From contig OX597843.1 of the NCBI GenBank assembly GCA_951406725.2, positions 7,936,001 to 8,000,000 of the forward strand: 64,000 nucleotides of DNA. The letters are read 5' to 3'. The position numbers and the translations under genes are program-made. The first letter of the stretch is position 1, and the number at the start of each line of letters is the position of its first letter. Of this stretch, positions 1 through 14,323 are shown piece after piece. This stretch comes from Octopus vulgaris. Taxonomy: Eukaryota. The notes under the pieces are model-generated. The model ran no database searches. It had not been told where the DNA came from and was given only the letters and a program-made list of their open reading frames with translations.

Positions 1-600
1 GTGGTAGTGGTGGTTGTGGTGGTGGTGGTTGTGGTGGTGGTTGTGGTGGTTGTGGTGGTAGTGGCAGTGGTGGTGGTTGTGGTGGTGGTTGTGGTGATGG
101 TAGTGGTGTTGATGATAGTGATGGTGGTGGCGGTGGTGGTAGTGGTGTTAATAATGGTGGTACTGGCAGTGGTGGTGGTTGTGGTGGTGGTAGTGGTGTT
201 GTTGATGATAGTGATGGTGGTGGCGGTGGTGGTAGCGGTGTAAATAATGGTGGTAGTGGTGGTGGTGGTTGTGGTTGTGGTAGTGGTAGAGGTTGTAGTC
301 GTAGCGGTAGTTATGGTGGTGTGGGTAGTGGCAGTGGTGGTGGTTGTGGTGGTGGTGGTGGTGGTGGTAGAGGGTGTGGTTGTAGTGGTGGGGGCAGTGG
401 TGTTGATGGTATCGGTGGTGATAGAGGTAGTGATGGTGGTGGTGATGGTGGAGACGATCGTGGTGGTGATTGTGGTGATGGTAGTCCTGATGGTAATGGT
501 GGTGGTGGTGGTCGTGGAATCGTGTTTGTAGCAGTGGTTGTTGTCCATGTTGTAACTGTTGTTCTCGGTAGTTGCTACAGTGGTAGTGGTAGTGGTGGTG
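1..600. repeat. Degenerate (GTG/GTA/GTT)n trinucleotide microsatellite
   Basis: Directly visible; the poly-Val/Gly/His ORFs are artefacts. Confidence 0.95.
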
Positions 601-970
601 GCCACGGTGCCACATGAGTAGCCTTACCATCGACGGCGGTGGTGGAGCTGCTCCAGGTAGGTGTAGTACAGATGGCGATGGTAGCGGTGGTGGCTGTGCT
701 AGTAAAGAGGGGTAGCAGGGACAGTGAAATAGTACTGGTGGCGGTGGTGGTGTACCCTTAACGTAATGGTGGAGGTACAGTACGTCTGTGAACAAGACTA
801 CATGTTTCAATTAACGGTATAATTCACCCGAAAGAGCTTCACTACAGTTTCAGTTTATCAAACTTTACTCTCAAGGAATGGGTCATCATTAACGCATTAT
901 ACCCCAACACTTACCCTGTAATGTTGAAATCGGGGTCTTATTGTTGCGAAACAAACTTATAACCCATATA

Positions 971-1128
971 GGCGCAGGAGTGGCTGTGTGGTAAGTAGCT
1001 TGCTAACCAACCACATGGTTCCGGGTTCAGTCCCACTGCGTGGCACCTTGGGCAAGTGTCTTCTACTATAGCCTTGGGCCGACCAAAGCCTTGTGAGTGG
1101 ATTTGGTAGACGGAAACTGAAAGAAGCT
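971..1128 (+). mobile_element. tRNA-derived SINE family A, 5' part
   Basis: Head GGCGCAGGAGTGGCTGTGTGGTAAG...GGTTCAGTCCC (A/B-box-like), near identical to copies at 53913 and 57421. Confidence 0.85.
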
Positions 1129-1149
1129 CCTCGTACACCGCCTTCTTCG

Positions 1150-1229
1150 TCTGCCGTAAGGCATTATTTTTCAAATACGCCAGCTAAGTTCAACTGTCTA
1201 AAGTCGAAAGACGCCTGTTGTTTTTGTCC

Positions 1230-1300
<71 letters not shown>

Positions 1301-1596
1301 TTTTTTGTATTTATATTCGTATTATTATTATTTTTTTTTTTTGTATTTACATTCGTGTAGCGTCGTCCGTTTTTCTGTCCTTATTTCGTATACATTCGAT
1401 CCTTTTTCCAAGAAATCTAATGCTCGTAGCTTAGTTTTTCCCTGGGGCTGGACAGATCGGAGCAATCTCAAGATTAATCAGCCGAAATTGCGAGGATGAT
1501 CCGGATCTTGACTGAAGATTAGTGGCTTCGAATGACCCGTCCGTTTTTTGTATCGTCTATTTGAATGTTTTGCGTTCTTGTCCCATTTTGTATTTT

Positions 1597-1600
<4 letters not shown>
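1150..1600. repeat. Dispersed non-coding repeat, second copy at 42627-43025
   Basis: Collinear shared blocks GTCGAAAGACGCCTGTTG, AATCTAATGCTC, GAGCAATCTCAAGATTAAT, GCCGAAATTGCGAGGATGAT, TCTTGACTGAAGA, TTCGAATGACCCGTCC; both copies end at (TA)n. Confidence 0.8.
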
Positions 1601-1629
<29 letters not shown>

Positions 1630-1641
1630 GACATAATTTAC

Positions 1642-1912
1642 AACTAATGTAGGATAAAAATTTTTCCGAGAAAAAATTGGACCAATACGGTAATAACGAA
1701 TTTTTTAGAGATTTCTATCGGTTTGTTTCGAGACGCATAAATTATAATGGTTTATTGACAGTTATTGTCTTTTTTTCGGCGTATTTGGCATTAGAATTTT
1801 TCTTTTGCCCTTATCATGTAAATTATTTATAAATTTAACCTTTAAAGGTATTTTTTGATATGCTGGCCATTGCTAAAATTTTTTTCCCGAAAAAATTTTT
1901 ATCCTACATTAG

Positions 1913-1914
<2 letters not shown>
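1642..1914. mobile_element. MITE-like element with terminal inverted repeats between (TA)n tracts
   Basis: AACTAATGTAGGATAAAAATTTTT at the left end, reverse complement AAAAATTTTTATCCTACATTAGTT at the right end; non-coding interior. Confidence 0.65.
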
Positions 1915-1966
<52 letters not shown>

Positions 1967-2485
1967 TGTGTGTGTGTGTGTGTGTGTCTGTGTGTGTGTT
2001 TGTGTGTCTGTGTTTGGCCTCCTCCCACCATAACTTGACAACCGACGTTGGTGTGTTCACGTCCCCATAAATTAGCAGTTCGGCAAAAGATAGAATAAGT
2101 ACCAGGCTTACAAAGAATAAGTGCTGGGGTTGATTTCTTCGACTAAAGGCAGTGCACCAGCATGGCCGCAGTCAAGTTACTGAAACAAGTAGAAGAAGAA
2201 AAGTCTATCATTTAGCATGGAAATTGTTAAGATTTGAACCAGTAACGCGTGGATCCGGAACTTCACAGAACTAAAGCGATCTATTTTCTTTGTTCATCAT
2301 TAGAGGATTTAATTAACGATGTAATTACGTTGATGAGTTAGAAATATTTTTATATTTTTTCAGTCGAATGTGTGGCATTAGAGGATTTTATGAAGAATTT
2401 GTAATTTACATAACTATATGTGTATATAGGCACATATCCGTTATATACTCTCTCGTATATGAACGCCAATAATGCCTACCTGTAA

Positions 2486-2552
<67 letters not shown>

Positions 2553-2591
2553 TACATATATATATATATATACATATATATACATATACAC

Positions 2592-2655
<64 letters not shown>

Positions 2656-2870
2656 ATATACATACACACACACACACACATATATATATATACATACATA
2701 CACACACATATATATGTACATACATGCATAACTATATAGAGAATATATGTGTGTGTTTATCTGTGTGCGTATTTGCACGTGTATATCTATGTATTTTAAA
2801 ACTATATATACTGATAAAAGCCATTTATATACACACGTGCAAATATACACATGCATTTTCCACATACACA

Positions 2871-2906
<36 letters not shown>

Positions 2907-2959
2907 TACATACATACATATATATATTTATATACATATATGTATGTATGTTAGCGTGT

Positions 2960-3000
<41 letters not shown>

Positions 3001-3131
3001 TATATACACACAAGTATTTGCACATACACACGTATAACTATCGATAAAGTCTTCGAATTGAAGATACCTTGAAAATAAATTGAAAATATATATATATATA
3101 TATACATATATATGTATACATATATACATAC

Positions 3132-3172
<41 letters not shown>

Positions 3173-3331
3173 TAAATACATATACATGTATGTATATGTG
3201 TGTCTGTATATATATATATATATACATATATATTTATTTTTATGCGTATATATGTATATATACATACATACATATATATATATATGATATATATATATAT
3301 ATATATAATATATATATATAATATATATGTA

Positions 3332-3383
<52 letters not shown>

Positions 3384-3438
3384 ATATATATATATATAAT
3401 ATATATATATATATATACATATAATATATATATGTATA

Positions 3439-3470
<32 letters not shown>

Positions 3471-4002
3471 ATATATATATATATAATATAATATAATATA
3501 TAATATATATATATATAATATATACATATATATATTTACATAGACTTATATATATATATTAGAAATGAAAGTGAAGTACACATACACATACAACTTCTAC
3601 ACACACCCACACGTATACATATATATATATATACACAAGTCCATGCATCTATGTACTTAAAAGCGAAGTGTGTTATGAAAGTTTTGGAGAAAGAAAAATA
3701 TGGAGGAAGATTCGAGAACATTGTGGAACATTCTCTTTTCGCTTCCTTCCTCGTTACCAATTCTATATGTCGAGGATATCCGATTGGTAAGAAGTGTGAG
3801 AGGAGTATGCTGCTGCAGCATGGGCGGCGACGGGAGGGTATGGGGGTGGGTGATGGTGGGTGGTGATGGTGGCAGAGGTTCCGATGGTATCTGTCTGTGC
3901 ACGCGCGTTTGATGTCGTGTGTGTGTGTGTTTGTGTGTGTATGTGTGTGTGGGTATATGCGTGTAGGTGTGTATGTGCAAAAAGAAAACAGAATGCGAAG
4001 AG

Positions 4003-4060
<58 letters not shown>

Positions 4061-4145
4061 ATATATTGATGTATGTATGTATGTGTGTATATATATTACA
4101 CATACTCGTGTATATACAAGTATATGTATTTATGCATATATATAC

Positions 4146-4178
<33 letters not shown>

Positions 4179-4325
4179 GATATATATATACACATACATA
4201 AATATATATATATATATACATGTAATACATACATAAACAGACATATATTTATATACATACATATATGCATACATGCATATATATACATACATATATATGT
4301 ATATATATATATATGCATATATATG

Positions 4326-4356
<31 letters not shown>

Positions 4357-4413
4357 GCATATACATACATACATATATATGACAAAGGAATAAGAAGTTA
4401 TATCATGAACTTA

Positions 4414-4499
4414 AATACCTTACAGCTGTTTCTTCTATAAGATACAATGCACTCGTGGCCGAATGCTTATGCTTCAGTCTATAGCTTCATCAGAACATT
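4414..4499 (-). ncRNA. Type I hammerhead ribozyme motif with long stem II
   Basis: Minus strand: aatgtt CTGATGA agctatag...cttatagaa GAAA CAGCTG TA aggtatt; palindromic stem III CAGCTG, GUA cleavage triplet, imperfect stem I. Confidence 0.6.
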
Positions 4500-4555
4500 A
4501 GACATGAAGTACCAATATACATTTGTATGGACATATCTATCTATCTATCTATCTT

Positions 4556-5035
<480 letters not shown>

Positions 5036-5036
<1 letters not shown>

Positions 5037-5315
5037 ATAACAATGGTAAAACAACAAAAGAAAAAAAGAGAGACCTCGATATTATGAAAATAGAGGAATT
5101 ATCTGTAAATGTAATATGTGACAATTATTCGGTAGCCATGATAAAACTCCGAGTTTCGCTGGCCATCGGAAAATGGTACGAAAAATTCTTTTCATAGCAT
5201 TTTTCCGTTGGCCGGATAACTGAAGAAATGGTGGTGTGGATTTCCACCTCGGCATGCGAAACTCGGAGTTTTATCATGGCTACCGAATAATTGTCACATA
5301 TTATTACATTTACAG

Positions 5316-5316
<1 letters not shown>
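5036..5316. mobile_element. Non-autonomous Penelope-like insert with an inverted copy of its 3' region
   Basis: 5103-5159 is the reverse complement of 5256-5315; contains a hammerhead motif; flanked by (TA)n. Confidence 0.6.
5215..5275 (+). ncRNA. Type I hammerhead ribozyme motif
   Basis: gataa CTGAAGA [stem II region with ggtg/cacc] GAAA CTCGGAG TT ttatc; stem I gataa/ttatc is perfect; GUU triplet. Confidence 0.65.
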
Positions 5317-5360
<44 letters not shown>

Positions 5361-5689
5361 AGCATACACACACACACACACACGCTCACTCACACGCACA
5401 TAAATGAGTAAGGAAGATGAACAGGTGTCAATGGATTGACGCGAACATCATCTTTGCTACTCATTTTCTGATCACCTAACCTATGCAGAGTACCATTTTA
5501 TAAAAAGTAGATATCTGAATTACCAAGAGCAGATATCTTCACTTAGCTGGGTTGAGTTGTCTGCACACATGATAGGAATCTCGGGTACGAACACCTCTAC
5601 ACGGAGTCTAGATATTCAATATTCAAATAATATTGTTGAGTTGTGCAGATTATACTGAAGTTGGAAGGTACGTCAATTTAAGTACCTAG

Positions 5690-5775
<86 letters not shown>

Positions 5776-5777
<2 letters not shown>

Positions 5778-6090
5778 ACGAGCAATGGCCCAGTGGTTAG
5801 GGCAGCGGATTCGCGGTCGTAGAATCGCGGTTTCGATTCCCAGACCGGGCGTTGTGGGTGTTTAATTGAGCGAAAACACCTAAAATCTCCACGAGCCTCC
5901 TGCAAGGGGTGGTGGCGACCCCTGTTGTACTCTTTCGCCCCAACTTTCTCTCACACTCTCTTCTTTTGGCCTGCTCTCTTAGCCAGAGGGGTGGCGTCGT
6001 TTGAAGTCTAAAACAATGCGAAGCGCATTGTGACCAGCGATGTGTAGCAACATCTAATAACCTGGTCGGTCACGGTGATGACGGTGGTGA
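5776..6090 (+). mobile_element. tRNA-derived SINE family C (recalls octopus OR-type SINEs)
   Basis: Head TGGCCCAGTGGTTAGGGCAGCGG...GGTTTCGATTCCC (A/B boxes), shared with the minus-strand copy at 8568-8952. Confidence 0.75.
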
Positions 6091-6510
6091 TATATAAATA
6101 TATAAATATATATATATATATATAAATGTATATATATAAATATAAATATAAATATATATATATATATAAATAAATACGTAGTGTGTGTATGTATATATAT
6201 ATTTTACATATATGGATATATATATTCATCTCGAGACGCAGAGATACAAACATACACACACAGGCACACACACACATACACACACACACACACGCGCGCG
6301 CACACACCGGCACACACACACACGTACGCACACACGTACATATGCTTAATGGTATTCATGCTGAAACGAATACGGTGTACACGTTTTGAATAACATAAAA
6401 CCACAACGTTGCAAAAACATTAACTTAGACACACATACTCGCAAATACACACACATACACACAAGTACATACATACATACATACATACATACATACATAC
6501 ATACATACAT

Positions 6511-6541
<31 letters not shown>

Positions 6542-6734
6542 AACACACACATATATATATATATATATGTACAGTACTGTAAAAACAATTATTGAACGAA
6601 CGTATATGACGTACACGCCTTGATTCCAGCGAAACCACATCGTTACACAAATACAGACCGTAGCAAACACAAACACACACATATATTCGATATACAGATA
6701 TATACACACACACTCACCCAAGTATTATACGGAG

Positions 6735-6901
6735 GTATAATTAGGAAATGAGAAAGTTCCAGAGATATTAAGAAATGTTAATGACATCAGGAGGGAGAAA
6801 TCATTTATTTCTGTTGACTAATCTCTTTATTTTGCCAACTGAAAATGGCGGCGGTTTTTATTTTATATTTCACTCGTGTAGTGGTTGTCTTTTATTACTG
6901 A

Positions 6902-6907
<6 letters not shown>
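6735..6907. repeat. Local duplication of a 173-bp non-microsatellite block (copy 1; copy 2 at 9630-9802)
   Basis: Two mismatches seen by eye, offset 2895 bp. Confidence 0.9.
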
Positions 6908-6950
<43 letters not shown>

Positions 6951-7089
6951 GTCTGTCTGTCTGTCCCTCTCTCTATTTATCTGTCTGTCTGTCTATTTCA
7001 TCACTGCATCTATCTCTTACATCTCTCTCTCTCCCCCTCTCTCTCCATTTTTCTCTGTTTATCTATCTGTCATCTCTGTTTATCTATTT

Positions 7090-7569
7090 GAGTGAGCATG
7101 TATGTATGTAAGTGAATATGTATTTGTGTGTGTGTGTGTAACTGTGTGTGTGTATGTGTGAGTGAGTGTGCGTGTGTGTGTGAGTGAGTGTGAATGAGCA
7201 GGTATGTATGTGAGTGAATATGCATTTGTGTGTGTGTGTGTGTGTGTGTGTAACTGTGTGTGTGTGTGTATGTGTGAATGTGTGTGTGTGTGTGTGTGAG
7301 TGTGAATGAGCATGTATGTATGTGAGTGACTATGCATTTGTGTGTGTGTGTGTGTGTGTGTAACTGTGTGTGTGTGTATGTGTGCGTGTGTGTGTGAGTG
7401 AGTGTGAATGAGCATGTATGTATGTGAGTGAATATGTATTTGTGTGTGTGTGTGTGTAACTGTGTGTGTGTGTGTGTGAGTGTGTGTGTGTGTGTGTGAG
7501 TGAGTGTGAATGAGCATGTATGTATGTGAGTGACTATGCATTTGTGTGCGTGTGTGTGTAACTGTGTGT

Positions 7570-7600
<31 letters not shown>

Positions 7601-7690
7601 AGTGAGTGTGAATGAGCATGTATGTATGTCAGTGAATATGCATTTGTGTGTGTGTGTGTGTGTGTGTGTGTAACTGTGTGTGTGTATGTG
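7090..7690. repeat. GT-derived minisatellite, unit of roughly 115-120 bp
   Basis: Recurring GTGAATGAGCATGTATGTATGTGAGTGA...TGTAACTGTG. Confidence 0.85.
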
Positions 7691-7820
7691 TGTGTATGTA
7701 TGTGCGTACATGCATGTGTGGATGTGTACGTTCATGTTTTCGCGTGTGTATGTGTGTGTACGTATGTGCGTACATGCATGTGTGGATGTGTACGTTCGTG
7801 TTTTCGCGTGTGTATGTATA

Positions 7821-7860
<40 letters not shown>

Positions 7861-8064
7861 CGTGTGTTTTATCCACATGATTATTTACAAAGTTCTTCCA
7901 TTCTTCTATTCTTGTATTCTTCCACTTGTTTCAGTCATTATTCTGCGGTCACGTGGGGCAAAGCTTCGAAGAATTCTTAGTCCAACAATTCGACCCATGT
8001 ATTTCTAAATTTTGTAAAACCTGGCATTTCTTCTATCTTAATGTTTTGATGAATCCCTAGATTA

Positions 8065-8147
8065 CGGGGCCATAAACACACACACACCGGTTGTCAAGCG
8101 CTGATAGGTCACTCACATATATGCACATATATACATACACGCATACG

Positions 8148-8185
<38 letters not shown>

Positions 8186-8338
8186 AACGACTGGCTTCTT
8201 TCAGTTTCTGTCTACCAAATCCACTCACAAGGCTTTGGTCAGTTCAAGGCTGTGGTAGAAGACACTTGCCCAAGGTGCCACGCAGTGGGATTGAATGCGG
8301 AACCATGTGGTCGGTAAGCAAGCTACTTACCACACTGC
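8065..8338 (-). mobile_element. SINE family A, degraded
   Basis: Reverse complement of the family A head and body (CTTCTTTCAGTTTC..CCAAATCCACTCACAAGGC..). Confidence 0.8.
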
Positions 8339-8482
8339 CACGCATGTGCATACACACACAGACACACAGACACGCACCCACACACAAAACACATATCTGT
8401 GTTTTAGTTATATATACATATATATGTGTGTGTATGCTTATATATATATGTATATATATATATATCTATATCTATCTATCTA

Positions 8483-8546
<64 letters not shown>

Positions 8547-8567
8547 CACACACACACACACACATAT

Positions 8568-8952
8568 CGTGGCATTCCGTCGGTTGCGACGACGAGGGTT
8601 CCAGTTGAACCGATCAACGGAACAGCCTGCTCGTGAAATTAACGTGCAAGTGGCTGAGCACTCCACAGACACGTGTACCCTTAACGTAGTTCTCGGGGGA
8701 TATTCAGCGTGACACAGAGAGTGACAAGGCCGGCCCTTTGAAATACAGGCACAGCAGAAACAGGAAGTAAGAGTGAGAGAAAGTTGTGGTGAAAGAGTTC
8801 AGCAGGAATCGACACCATCCCCTGCCGGAGCCTCATGGAGCTTTTAGGTGTTTTCGCTCAATAAACACTCACAACGCCCGGTCTGGGAATCGAAACCGCG
8901 ATCCTTCGCCCGACCGTCCGCTGCCGTAACCACTGGGCTACAACGCCTCCAC
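8568..8952 (-). mobile_element. tRNA-derived SINE family C variant with RTE-like tail
   Basis: Same head as 5776 but a different body; ends ..CGTCGCAACCGACGGAATGCCAC. Confidence 0.75.
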
Positions 8953-9210
8953 ATATACATATATATATATATATCTATCTACCCCTCTATCTGTCTGCAT
9001 ATTTGTTTTTGCATCCATTAATCTGAACGTGGAAATATAAACTAAATTGCGTACCGCATTTGATTCAAGTGTGTAGACACTGAGAGACCGAACGTGTTAC
9101 TGTGCATGTGTGATACTTATACATATATATACACACACATATATATACATACATATATACACACACACACACATTCACACACACATTATACATACATGTG
9201 TCGGTATATT

Positions 9211-9252
<42 letters not shown>

Positions 9253-9304
9253 CACTTTCGCATATATACTAACAAGTAAATATAAAAATTCACAAAAGAG
9301 ATTT

Positions 9305-9353
<49 letters not shown>

Positions 9354-9448
9354 ATTACATATTTATATACATACATATATATACACACACATAATTACAT
9401 ATATAATAGATATACATACATATATATCCACACACATGTAAATTCTTG

Positions 9449-9498
<50 letters not shown>

Positions 9499-9561
9499 CA
9501 TACATTACTCATATTATTCGCCATATATACGCACACATACGCACACACACACACTTATTAC

Positions 9562-9605
<44 letters not shown>

Positions 9606-9629
9606 TTATTGACAAAGCTATAATGACAC

Positions 9630-9802
9630 GTATAATTAGGAAATGAGAAAGTTCCAGAGATATTAAGAAATGTTAATGACATCAGGAGGGAGAAATCATT
9701 TATTTCTGTTAACTAATCTCTTTATTTTGCCAACTGAAAATGGCGGCGGTTTTTATTTTATATTTCACTGGTGTAGTGGTTGTCTTTTATTACTGATCTC
9801 TC
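9630..9802. repeat. Local duplication copy 2 of 6735-6907
   Basis: Direct sequence comparison. Confidence 0.9.
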
Positions 9803-9921
9803 ACGCTCCCCCCCTCTCTCTCTCTCTCTCTCTCTGTCTGTCTGCTTCATCTCTATATCTATCTCTCACATCTCTCTCTCATCTCTCTCCGTTTTCTCTT
9901 TCTGTTTATCTGTCATCTAGT

Positions 9922-10003
<82 letters not shown>

Positions 10004-10004
10004 G

Positions 10005-10830
<826 letters not shown>

Positions 10831-10919
10831 TTTTCTCATAGACGGTGCCCAGTTGACCCTACTATACCGTGTAGAATGGCAACAATGTACCCATCGCAAA
10901 CTTTGCATACACACACATA

Positions 10920-11055
10920 TAACGGGCTTCTTTCAGTTTCCATCAGGTCAACATAAGGCTATAGTAGAAGACACTTGCCTAAGGTGCCACGCAGTGGGAC
11001 TGAACCCGGAACCATGTGGTTGGGAAGCAATCTACTTACCACACAGCCACTCCGG
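10920..11055 (-). mobile_element. SINE family A, partial
   Basis: Matches the family A head in reverse complement. Confidence 0.8.
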
Positions 11056-11839
11056 CGTCTACAATGTGTATATTTGTGTAATTTTGTGTGTATGCGTGGG
11101 TGTGAATACGTGAATGTGTGTGTATGTGCATTACTTGCACGCGCGCGTGTGTGTGTGTGTGCGTGCGTGCGATTGCTGAGGCGTGGATATGTGTGTGTAG
11201 GTGCTTTTGTATGTATACGTGTGCGAGTGTGTGCGGTGCTTGAGTGTGCGCTGTGTGTGTGTGTGTGTGTGTGCGTGTGTGTGCGAGTGTGTGCATACGT
11301 ATGGCGTTTGCGTGCATGTGTGTGTTTGCTGTTTGTTTATGTGTGTGTGTGTATGTGTTTGTGTGTGCTTGTGTGTGTGTTTGTGCGCGTGCGTGTGTGT
11401 ATATGTGTGTAGGTATGCGCGCGCGTGTGTGTGTGTGTGTGTGCGTGCGTTCGAATGTGTGTGTGCGTGTGCGTGTTGTCTGCGTGTGTGTTTGTGTGTT
11501 TGATTTTTGTGTGTGTGCACACAACTGTGTGTGTGTGTGTGTGTGCGTGTGCGGTGTTTGATGGATGACGTTCATGTATGTGGGTGTGTTGCGTGTGCGA
11601 GCATGTTGCATAGGTGTCTGTGTATGCGGCCGTGTCGTGTCCATGTGTGTGTGTATGTGTGTGTATCTATGTGTATGTGTGTATGAAATCTCTTTATGCC
11701 TATGTTATCTGCGTATGTATGTGTGTAAACGTGTATGTGTGACTGCATGTTTGTGTACACGCGCGTGTATATGTGTGTGTGTGTTTGTATGTGCGTGCGG
11801 TATGTTGATAGGAGTGCTTGCGTTTGTGCATGCATGTGT

Positions 11840-12810
11840 GTTAACGTGTGTGTGAACGTGTGTGCGTGTGTGTGCGTGCATGTGTGTGAGCGAGCATGTG
11901 AACGTGTGTGTGAATGTGTGTGCGTGTGTGTGCACGCATGTGTGTGAGCGAGTGTGTGAACGTGTGTGTGAATGTGTGTGCATGTGTGTGAGCGAGTGTG
12001 TGAACGTGTGTGTGAATGTGTGTGCATGTGTTTGAGCGAGTGTGTGAACGTGTGTGTGAATGTGTGTGCATGTGTGTGAGCGAGTGTGTGAACGTGTGTG
12101 TGAATGTGTGTGTGAATGTGTGTGCGTGTGTGTGAGCGAGGGTGTGAACGTGTGTGTGAATGTGTGTGCATGTGTGTGTGAGCGAGTGTGTGAACGTGTG
12201 TGTGAATGTGTGTGTGAATGTGTGTGCGTGTGTGTGAGCGAGTGTGTGAACGTGTGTGTGAATGTGTGTGCATGTGTGTGAGCGAGTGTGTGAACGTGTG
12301 TGTGAATGTGTGTGCATGTGTGTGAGCGAGTGTGTGAACGTGTGTGTGTGTGTGTGCATGTGTGTGAGCGAGTGTGTGAACGTGTGTGTGAATGTGTGTG
12401 CATGTGTGTGAGCGAATGTGTGAACGTGTGTGTGAACGTGTGTGTGAATGTGTGTGCGTGTGTGTGAGCGAGTGTGTGAACGTGTGTGTGAATGTGTGTG
12501 CATGTGTGTGAGCGAGTGTGTGAACGTGTGTGTGAATGTGTGTGCATGTGTGTGAGCGAGCATGTGAACGTGTGTGTGAATGTGTGTGCGTGTGTGTGCA
12601 TGCATGTGTGTGAGCGAGTGTGTGAACGTCTGTGTGAATGTGTGTGTGTGTGTGTGTGTGTGTGCATGCATGTGTGTGAGCGAATGTGTGAACGTGTGTG
12701 TGAATGTGTGTGCATGTGTGTGCACGCATGTGTGTGAGCGAGCATGTGAACGTGTGTGTGAATGTGTGTGTGAATGTGTGTGCATGTGTGTGAGCGAGTG
12801 TGTACGTGTG
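11840..12810. repeat. GT-derived minisatellite, ~42-bp unit
   Basis: TGTGTGAGCGAGTGTGTGAACGTGTGTGTGAATGTGTGTGCA repeated about 20 times. Confidence 0.9.
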
Positions 12811-12892
12811 TGTGTGTGTGTGTGTGCGTATGTGTGCGTGTTTATGTACATGTGTGTCTGCATGTGGGTACGTGCACGCGTTTCTCTTACAG

Positions 12893-12996
12893 AACATGAT
12901 AACGTCCATATTGGTTGGACTTGGAAATTTTTTCGCATCCTAAGAATATTTGACGAGAGTTCCGTTCTGCAACTATTACGACATGACACATTCGGG
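12893..12996 (+). CDS. Possible isolated host coding exon (unverified)
   Basis: Unique island with acceptor tttctcttacag and donor GGG/gtcaga; open frame [34 protein letters not shown]. Confidence 0.25.
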
Positions 12997-13093
12997 GTCA
13001 GAATCTTATACCTGTCTATCTGTCTATCTGTCTATCTGTCTATCTGTCTGTCTAACAATCTATCTATATTTATGTACATACATTAAGATACAG

Positions 13094-13124
<31 letters not shown>

Positions 13125-13153
13125 GTACAAATAAATATATATTCACGATTACA

Positions 13154-13200
<47 letters not shown>

Positions 13201-13236
13201 CATATACATTATATATGTATATATTTATGTATATAT

Positions 13237-13276
<40 letters not shown>

Positions 13277-13401
13277 TATATACCTATCTATATTTACGCG
13301 CTAGCATTCATAAACAGATATATATTATGCGCACATAAATATACATACATAAATGTACTCACGTTCATATATATATATATATAAATATATATATATATAA
13401 A

Positions 13402-13491
<90 letters not shown>

Positions 13492-13719
13492 AAGAGAAAG
13501 AGAGAGTGTAATAATATTCAGAAATGTTTTTCTATGTATATATATATTGAGATAAGATCGAATGAATGTTGATATATACATGTGTGTGTGCGCGCGCGCG
13601 TGTGTGTGTGAAACTATATAATAGATTCACTAATAAGTCATTATATTTCACACGAAATATACATACTTCACACTAGCAAATATATATGCATCCATCATTC
13701 CTCTCACTCTCTCCCTCTC

Positions 13720-13754
<35 letters not shown>

Positions 13755-13876
13755 TCATATATGTCCACATATGTAGCTATACATACATGTATACGCACAA
13801 AGCACATCAATACATATATATATAGGTATATGTATACACACACATACATGTATATATGTACATATATATATATATA

Positions 13877-13917
<41 letters not shown>

Positions 13918-14176
13918 TTATATATGTATGTACATATATATTTGTATTTATATATGTACATATATATATGTATTTATATATATACATATATGTACATATG
14001 TATATGTATTTATATATATATATATTTATATATATATGTATTTATATATATGTATATAATATATATGTAGATATATATTTATTTATATATATGTATATGT
14101 ATATATATTTATATATATATATGTATTTATATATATGTATATAATATATATGTAGATATATATGTATATATATATG

Positions 14177-14216
<40 letters not shown>

Positions 14217-14259
14217 TATATGTGTATTTATATATATATGTATATATATATATATGTAT

Positions 14260-14323
<64 letters not shown>

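Noticed and set aside
971-1045. tRNA genes at SINE heads (also 5776, 36860, 53913)
   Set aside because: No complete cloverleaf; they continue into multi-copy SINE bodies
2400-4385. Numerous YI/HT/CV-rich ORFs here and throughout the window
   Set aside because: They are translations of (TA)n, (CA)n and (TG)n microsatellites
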